The translations under genes and the position numbers were made by a program. A stretch of 64,000 nt of DNA from an archaeon. GTDB lineage: Archaea; Nanobdellota; Nanobdellia; Woesearchaeales; GW2011-AR15. The first letter of the stretch is position 1. Every line of letters begins with the position of its first letter. Positions 58,090 to 64,000 of this stretch are shown here, piece after piece. A model generated the notes under the pieces. It searched no databases, was not told the DNA's origin, and worked only from the letters and a program-made list of their open reading frames with translations. The DNA is taken from positions 21,695-85,694 of the forward strand of contig JABHHN010000080.1 of the NCBI GenBank assembly GCA_018671515.1. The letters run 5' to 3'.

Positions 58090-58688
58090 TATTTCATTAC
58101 TTTTTTAAGGTTCTCGATTAACATATCAAGAGCAGAGTATACTTCATTTTCACTCTTTGTTCCTGTGCACACAATCTTTCCATTACTAAATAATAAGAAT
58201 GTTGCTTTTGCTTCATCAAGTTTGTAAACAAGTCCTGGGAATTGTTCAGGTTCATATTCTGTATTTTCTAATTTCATTGCTAGAACATTTAAATTAAGAG
58301 GAAAACCTACACTTCCAGACGCGACAATATTTTGTATGTTTATGATTGGTTTGATTGTTATTGTAATTCCAATTTTTTTTAGGCTTGCAATTATTTTTAC
58401 AATGGATTCTTCTACTTTTTGAATGGTTCTTGCACCGGTACATACTACTTTTCCAGAACTAAATATCAAAGCAGATGTTTTAGGTTCTTTTATTCTTATT
58501 ACAAGTCCCGGGAACTGTTCAGGATTATATTCTGTGTTGCTTAATGTAGCAGCCATTTTTTCTAATGGTATATCATGTTCAAGGCTTGTAGAAACAACAA
58601 TGTTAACAACTCTAATATTTTTTTCTGATTGTTCAACATCTTTTCCTGATTTTTTAACTTCTTTTTCTGATTTTTTACTATCTTTCAT
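58089..58688 (-). CDS. tbp: TATA-box binding protein with Lys/Glu/Ser-rich N-terminal extension
   Basis: Two direct repeats (NPEQFPGLVIRIKEP...FSSGKVVCTGA and EPEQFPGLVYKLDEA...FSNGKIVCTGT). Confidence 0.93.
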   Translation of the reverse strand: MKDSKKSEKEVKKSGKDVEQSEKNIRVVNIVVSTSLEHDIPLEKMAATLSNTEYNPEQFPGLVIRIKEPKTSALIFSSGKVVCTGARTIQKVEESIVKIIASLKKIGITITIKPIINIQNIVASGSVGFPLNLNVLAMKLENTEYEPEQFPGLVYKLDEAKATFLLFSNGKIVCTGTKSENEVYSALDMLIENLKKVMK

Positions 58689-58852
58689 AAAAATTACACC
58701 CCCTGTGCGAAAATCTATTTATAAATGGATATACGACTTATTTATAAATACTTTTGTTTTCCTAAAAAGTAATTTTCAGACGAACAGTATTTAAATAAAA
58801 ATCTGGAAAATATAAATATTAATTATAGTGATAAAATATTATAAAAAATACA

Positions 58853-59047
58853 ATGAAAATTCATATAGATAAAACAAACGAAGAAGTAGAAAAGAAGTTT
58901 GAAGGTACAGTAAAAAGGCTTCTTGAAACACTGAACATAAACTCTGAAGAAGTTTTAGTAATTAGAGACGATACTTTGATAACTGAAGATGTAGAATTAT
59001 CTGATAATGATACTATAAATATTTTAAGTGTTGTTAGTGGTGGATAA
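58853..59047 (+). CDS. ThiS/MoaD-type ubiquitin-like sulfur-carrier/modifier ending in Gly-Gly
   Basis: 64 aa with the C-terminus ...ILSVVSGG-stop. It lies directly upstream of a TtuA/Ncs6-type gene. Confidence 0.65.
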   Translation: MKIHIDKTNEEVEKKFEGTVKRLLETLNINSEEVLVIRDDTLITEDVELSDNDTINILSVVSGG

Positions 59048-59049
59048 TT

Positions 59050-59958
59050 TTGGAATGTGTAAAATGTGATAAAAAAGCGATATTTTTAGAACCAACTTTT
59101 TGTAAAGATCATTTTATAAAATATTTTGAAGATAAAGTACTTAATACAATAAAAAAATATGATTTAATAGATAAAGATGATAAGATTGTAGTTGCAGTTT
59201 CTGGAGGAAAAGATTCACTAGTTCTTTTATATATTTTAAATAATAATTTTGAAAATGTTGAAGCTCTTTGTATTGATGAAGGGATACAAGGATATCGAGA
59301 TAAGACAATAAAAATACTAAAAGATTTCTGTAGTAAACACAATGTTAATTTAAATATTAAAAAATTTCAAAAAGAATTTGGAAAACCACTTGATATAATT
59401 CTTAAAGAAAATAAAATAAAACCTTGTACAGTATGTGGGGTTTTTAGAAGAAAACTGATGAATAAATATTCTAAAGAATATGATGTTATAGCTACAGGGC
59501 ATAATAGAGATGATATTTCACAAGCAATATTGATGGATCTTTTAAAATATAATCTCTCATTATTATCAAGACTTAGTCCAGTTAGCGGAACAAAAACAAG
59601 AAAAGGATTCACAAAAAAGATAAAACCATTATATTTTATTTCAGAAAAAGAAGTTATGGCTTATTCAATCATATTAGGAATAAGAACAGGTTTTGAAGAA
59701 TGTCCAAATGTAGAAGATGCTTATAGGCTTAAAGTAAGGGATGAATTAAATAGATATGAGATAAAACATTTAGGAACAAAAAAGAATATAGTTGATTGGT
59801 ATATTAAAAATCATATAGATATAAAAGAAAAAATAAAAAATTCAGAATTAGTATTGAGGAGTTGCAATAGGTGTGGCGAACCAACATCAAGAGAAATATG
59901 TAATTCATGTACAATGGAACAAAAAATATTATCAAAAGATACACTAAAGGTATTATGA
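59050..59958 (+). CDS. tRNA 2-thiolation PP-loop ATPase (TtuA/NcsA family)
   Basis: N-terminal CxxC..C..H, PP-loop VAVSGGKDS, CTVCG and a C-terminal CNRCG...CNSC. TTG start. Confidence 0.8.
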   Translation: MECVKCDKKAIFLEPTFCKDHFIKYFEDKVLNTIKKYDLIDKDDKIVVAVSGGKDSLVLLYILNNNFENVEALCIDEGIQGYRDKTIKILKDFCSKHNVNLNIKKFQKEFGKPLDIILKENKIKPCTVCGVFRRKLMNKYSKEYDVIATGHNRDDISQAILMDLLKYNLSLLSRLSPVSGTKTRKGFTKKIKPLYFISEKEVMAYSIILGIRTGFEECPNVEDAYRLKVRDELNRYEIKHLGTKKNIVDWYIKNHIDIKEKIKNSELVLRSCNRCGEPTSREICNSCTMEQKILSKDTLKVL

Positions 59959-60572
59959 TGGAATCAATAGAAATCTGCTATCCTAAAAATAATGAAGGTG
60001 AATTCATTGAGATTGCAAAAAAATTAGGAATAAAAAATCTAATAATGATATATTCTGATTATCAGACTCTTCTTAAAAATAAAAACAAAAATATAAAAAA
60101 TAAATTAAAGTTATTTTATGGATTAGAATCAAGTAAGACGATAAAAAATAGAATTGATATAGGGATAAATATAATCATCTCTCCTTCATGCACGAGAGGA
60201 GATATAGAAAATAAATTTATTAATCTTCATTATAATTTTGAAAATATTTTAGGAAAAGATAAGATTCATTTTAGAAGATCAGGAATCAATCAGGTGATTG
60301 CAAATATACTTCTTCAAAAAAATAAAATTGTTGGGGTTTCCGTGCAGAATCTTTTGGACTTATCAAAGCAAAAAAAATTAGGAAGAATAAAACAAAATTT
60401 TAAGATATTAAGAAAATATAATGTTCCAATATATATGTCTTCTTTTGCGAATAAGCGATATAATCTAAGATCTTTATCTTGTATAAATTCACTTGGAAAA
60501 ACATTGGGTCTAACAGATCAACAAATAATAAAAGGTAATGAAAAATTAATTAGTATATTAAAAAACAAATGA
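59955..60572 (+). CDS. RNase P protein component 3 (Rpp30)-like
   Basis: ~205 aa. The pattern ...SGINQVIANILLQKNKIVGVSVQNLL...ILRKYNVPIYMSSFA...R....SLG..LGL resembles Pyrococcus Rpp30 as I recall it. ATGA overlap with the upstream gene. Confidence 0.45.
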   Translation: MMESIEICYPKNNEGEFIEIAKKLGIKNLIMIYSDYQTLLKNKNKNIKNKLKLFYGLESSKTIKNRIDIGINIIISPSCTRGDIENKFINLHYNFENILGKDKIHFRRSGINQVIANILLQKNKIVGVSVQNLLDLSKQKKLGRIKQNFKILRKYNVPIYMSSFANKRYNLRSLSCINSLGKTLGLTDQQIIKGNEKLISILKNK

Positions 60573-60713
60573 AATTTGTAATTATTTTATTATTTGTTGA
60601 TTATTAGGGATGCAAATAATTAAAAAAACTTTTTGTGATGAGTATATAATTTTTAAAAAATATTGATTGTTCTACGAAACTTTTTTAAACATCCCGCTTA
60701 TTTATTTTATTAT

Positions 60714-61880
60714 ATGGGTAGTATCGAAACAGGCGTGGATAGATTGGTGAATTTTATTACAGAATTCAAAAAAATATCTATTCAAGATGCAGCAAAAAAA
60801 TTAGGCGTAGGAACAGTAGTTGTTCAGGAATGGGCAGATTTTTTAGATGAAGAAAAAGTTATAAGTATAGAATATAAATTTTCAAAGACAATACTTATGG
60901 AAAGAGAGCTTTCCAAAAAAGAGATAAAACAAAAAACAGTAGAATTTGATTCTAATAAAGATGCATTTATCAGAAAAGTAGAGACAAGTATGAAGACATT
61001 AGATACTGAAACTATTGGGCTTGAAAAAATTAAAAAAGAATTTGATAAGCTTAAAAGAGAAATAGGTGAAGAAATAAGTAGTGTAAAAAAAGAAGTAGAA
61101 GAGCTTGAAAGATATGAAGGCCTAAAAAAAAATCTTGATACAGATATAAAAAAACAACAAGACGAGTTTAAACAAATGATAAATAGTGCTCATATTGATA
61201 TAAAAAATTCTGAAAAAAGTTATAATTCATTATTAGAAAAAATAGGTTTGGAAAAAAGAGATTTAGCAATAAAAGAAAGTAAACTTTCAAAATTAGACGA
61301 AAAGGAACATCATATTCTTGAGCAAGAAGAAGAATTAAAACAGAGAATAAAAGCAATTTATGAATTAGCAGAGACAGTAAAGGAAAAAGTTGAAGATGAA
61401 GGTAAAGAAATACAAATTGAAGAAGGTCATATTAAAAAATTAGAAAAGATAGCTCAAGAGTTAGAAAATGAAGTAGATTCAAAAAAGAAAAAATTAATTC
61501 CTTTAGTAGATCTTGCTAAAGAGCATGAAAAAAAGATTATAAAAATACAAGAAGATATTTACTCAAAAGTATTAAAAAAATCTTCCCAAATAAAAGCACA
61601 AGTCCATGAAAGCGAAACAGTAATTTCGAAATTTAATAAATTTTTCGATAGAAAAAGTGATGTCGAAGAATTATTATCTAAGATTGAGAAAGATAGAGAA
61701 GATTTGAAAAAAGAATTAGAGATTTTGACAAAAAAAGCAATAGCTTTTGAAGTCTTGAAAAAATCTTCAAATATCAAAGACCATATTAAGACTTTACAGA
61801 AAGAATTTTCAAAAATTGATAAAAAGAGAAACATATTTAAAAAGGAAATAGATAAATTAGTATCATTAGTTAAAGGATAG
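60714..61880 (+). CDS. wHTH plus long coiled-coil protein preceding the pilus-type ATPase
   Basis: N-terminus ISIQDAAKKLGVGTVVVQEWADFLDEEKVISIEY, then ~300 aa of heptad-like K/E-rich sequence. ATG 60714 has TTTTTTAAAC about 28 nt upstream. Confidence 0.6.
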   Translation: MGSIETGVDRLVNFITEFKKISIQDAAKKLGVGTVVVQEWADFLDEEKVISIEYKFSKTILMERELSKKEIKQKTVEFDSNKDAFIRKVETSMKTLDTETIGLEKIKKEFDKLKREIGEEISSVKKEVEELERYEGLKKNLDTDIKKQQDEFKQMINSAHIDIKNSEKSYNSLLEKIGLEKRDLAIKESKLSKLDEKEHHILEQEEELKQRIKAIYELAETVKEKVEDEGKEIQIEEGHIKKLEKIAQELENEVDSKKKKLIPLVDLAKEHEKKIIKIQEDIYSKVLKKSSQIKAQVHESETVISKFNKFFDRKSDVEELLSKIEKDREDLKKELEILTKKAIAFEVLKKSSNIKDHIKTLQKEFSKIDKKRNIFKKEIDKLVSLVKG

Positions 61881-61881
61881 A

Positions 61882-63525
61882 ATGAAACCGAGTAAAACGG
61901 GGAAAAAGAGGGTGAATATTAGTTCTAAGAAGGTTGTTAAAACACGTACATCTAATAAGCATTCCAAAACACATACTTCTCATAAATCTCTAAAAAAACA
62001 TGTTAGTATTAAGACTAAATCTGCAGAAACAGCTATTGGTGAAAAGAAAAAAGATGAGATCATAGATTCTTATAATTATGATTCAAAAAAGATTCCAATT
62101 ATTATAACTATTAAAAATACAAATGAAGAATATGTTCCAATATACGAAGTATCTATTTCTCAAATAAGTAAGACAACAGAATTGATTCTCGAAAAGATTA
62201 GACAGCAGCTTATAAAACAGGTCAATCTTGGAATTATAGAAATAACAGACACAAAAAAGACTGATGTCATTGAAGAGAAATTTAGAGCAACAATTATTGT
62301 TCTTGTAAATAAATATTTTCCAGATATTGATGATAATATCAAGGATTTTTTGATTTCATATCTTATTCAGAAAAGTCTTGGCCTTGGAAGTCTTGAAATA
62401 TTGATGGATGATAAGCAATTAGAAGAAATAGTAATTAATAGTGCAACAGAACCTGTCTGGGTATTTCATAAAAAGCATGGATGGTTAAAAACAACCATCA
62501 CAATACCTGAAGAAGATCAGACAAGACATTATGCAACAATGATAGGTAGAAAGATTGGTAGGCAGATTACAGTCCTAGAACCATTATTAGATGCGCATCT
62601 TGATGCAGGAGACAGAGTCAATGCGACACTTATGCCTATTTCAACACACGGAAATACAATTACATTTAGAAAATTCTCAAGAGATCCTATGACTATAACT
62701 CATTTCTTGAGATATGGTACGCTTACTCCTTATGCTGCAGCACTTATCTGGACAGCGATGCAATTTGAGATGTCTGCAATAATTGCAGGAGGTACTGCTT
62801 CCGGAAAGACATCAACATTAAATGTTCTTGCAACATTTTTCCCACCAAATCAAAGAATAATTTCAATTGAGGACACAAGAGAAATAAGACTTCCAAAATT
62901 TTTACACTGGGTTCCAATGTCAACAAGGCTTCCAAATTCAGAAGGTAAAGGAGAAGTTTCGATGGAACATCTTTTAGTTAATTCGCTTAGAATGAGGCCA
63001 GATAGGATATTAGTTGGAGAAGTAAGAAGAAAAAGAGAGGCAGAGACACTTTTTGAAGCGATACATACAGGACATAGTGTATATGCAACATTCCATTCAA
63101 ATACTGCAGAAGAAACAGTAAAAAGACTTACAAATCCACCAATAAATGTTCCAAGAATGATGCTTCCAGCCATATCAATGATTATTATGCAATTTAGGAA
63201 CAGAAGGACTGGAACGAGAAGGACATTTCAGATTGCAGAAATACTTCCAAATGCTGAGGCAAATGTCCTTTTACAATATGATGCAAAAAAAGATCGTCTT
63301 GTACAAGCAAATAAATCCAAATCACTTCTTTCAACATTAAAATTATTTACTGGATTCACCGATGCAGAAATTCACAAGACATTACAAGAAAAGGAAAAAG
63401 TTTTGAAATATCTTGTAGATATGGGAATAGACACAGTAGACAGTGTAGGTCATGTCATAGCAGAATTCTATACAAATAAAAGTAATCTGATGAAACATAT
63501 CAGTGCAAAAAAGAGACTTGGGTGA
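61882..63525 (+). CDS. type II/IV secretion-family ATPase (FlaI/ArlI-PilB-like) with basic N-terminal extension
   Basis: Walker A GGTASGKTSTLN, IEDTREI and LVGEVRRKRE. The first ~60 aa are K/S/H/T-rich. Confidence 0.88.
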   Translation: MKPSKTGKKRVNISSKKVVKTRTSNKHSKTHTSHKSLKKHVSIKTKSAETAIGEKKKDEIIDSYNYDSKKIPIIITIKNTNEEYVPIYEVSISQISKTTELILEKIRQQLIKQVNLGIIEITDTKKTDVIEEKFRATIIVLVNKYFPDIDDNIKDFLISYLIQKSLGLGSLEILMDDKQLEEIVINSATEPVWVFHKKHGWLKTTITIPEEDQTRHYATMIGRKIGRQITVLEPLLDAHLDAGDRVNATLMPISTHGNTITFRKFSRDPMTITHFLRYGTLTPYAAALIWTAMQFEMSAIIAGGTASGKTSTLNVLATFFPPNQRIISIEDTREIRLPKFLHWVPMSTRLPNSEGKGEVSMEHLLVNSLRMRPDRILVGEVRRKREAETLFEAIHTGHSVYATFHSNTAEETVKRLTNPPINVPRMMLPAISMIIMQFRNRRTGTRRTFQIAEILPNAEANVLLQYDAKKDRLVQANKSKSLLSTLKLFTGFTDAEIHKTLQEKEKVLKYLVDMGIDTVDSVGHVIAEFYTNKSNLMKHISAKKRLG

Positions 63526-63530
63526 GTAAG

Positions 63531-64000
63531 ATGAACATAGTTCATATTATTGCTTCAAAAAATAAGGGCTTAAGATTACAATTGCGTCAAGCAAATATGC
63601 TCTATACACCAGAAGAATTCATTAAAAGAACTATGGTGTCTGCATTCTATATGGCATTTATGGTAATTTTTATCATTTTTTTACTTATGGCAAAGTCAGC
63701 TGAAAAAATGACAGTTGCATTAACGTTAATAATTGCATTTCCTATTTGTATAATTTTCATGTATTTTTATTTTATGCAGCTTCCGATGGTTAAAATAAAT
63801 AGATTAAATAGAGAGATAAGTAAAGAAATAGTATTTGCTGGAAGATTCATGATAATAGAATTAGAATCTGGTGTTTCATTATTTAAAACACTTGAAAATA
63901 TTGGAGCAAGCTATAAGGCAGTAGGTGCGTATTTTAGAGAAATCATTGAAAAAGTAAAGATTGGAACTTCACTGGAACAGGCGGTAAATGAAGCAGTTGA
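63531..64000 (+). CDS. FlaJ/TadC-like (T2SS-F domain) membrane protein, 5' part
   Basis: Hand-translated MNIVHIIASKNKGLRLQLRQANMLYTPEEF...TM...FAGRFMIIELESGVSLFKTLENIG. Truncated by the window end. Confidence 0.7.
   Translation, partial: MNIVHIIASKNKGLRLQLRQANMLYTPEEFIKRTMVSAFYMAFMVIFIIFLLMAKSAEKMTVALTLIIAFPICIIFMYFYFMQLPMVKINRLNREISKEIVFAGRFMIIELESGVSLFKTLENIGASYKAVGAYFREIIEKVKIGTSLEQAVNEAV

Overview
This is a strongly AT-rich, very gene-dense archaeal chromosomal segment. Archaeal hallmarks include PolD DP1/DP2, Orc1/Cdc6, MCM, RFC, FEN1, Hjc, TBP, a histone, PAN, aIF2-beta, EndA and an archaeal-type PEP carboxylase. The Lys/Asn/Ile-rich proteins and tight packing suggest a small-genome, possibly DPANN-like lineage, but that is inference only, and I did not compute GC content. 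I call about 66 protein genes, one candidate C/D-box sRNA and a predicted replication origin. I saw no rRNA, tRNA, CRISPR array, transposase or integrase. Layout: (i) 2.1-7.7 kb holds a five-gene secreted/membrane operon with three tandem paralogous 6-Cys lipoprotein-like genes. (ii) 13.2-29.1 kb holds a complete chorismate/Phe/Tyr supraoperon with bacterial-type parts (P-loop AroK, E. coli-like AroG, an AroD-AroE fusion), a second DAHP synthase, a U32-family protein plus ferredoxin, and TyrRS. (iii) 29.6-36.7 kb holds TldD/PmbA, PEPC and peptidases. (iv) 36.8-46 kb holds PAN, the C/D sRNA, FEN1, tRNA-processing genes (Trm5, EndA, RNase Z), a histone and Hjc. (v) 47.5-47.8 kb is an oriC with inverted ORB elements, followed by cdc6-dp1-dp2. 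(vi) 54-60.6 kb holds aIF2-beta, an RPA32-like gene, MCM, TBP, a Ubl-GG gene with a TtuA/NcsA-like gene, and an Rpp30-like gene. (vii) 60.7-64 kb is a type IV pilus/archaellum-like ATPase locus. The most interesting observation is that the unusually long gaps inside the aromatic operon carry short ORFs ending in runs of aromatic codons. FTFWFTYFFFY-stop lies before the first pathway gene and FYYYYL-stop lies before tyrA. Each has a TATA-like box about 28 nt upstream of its ATG and a stem-loop at or just after its stop codon. This is the architecture of bacterial leader-peptide attenuators, here in an archaeal genome.
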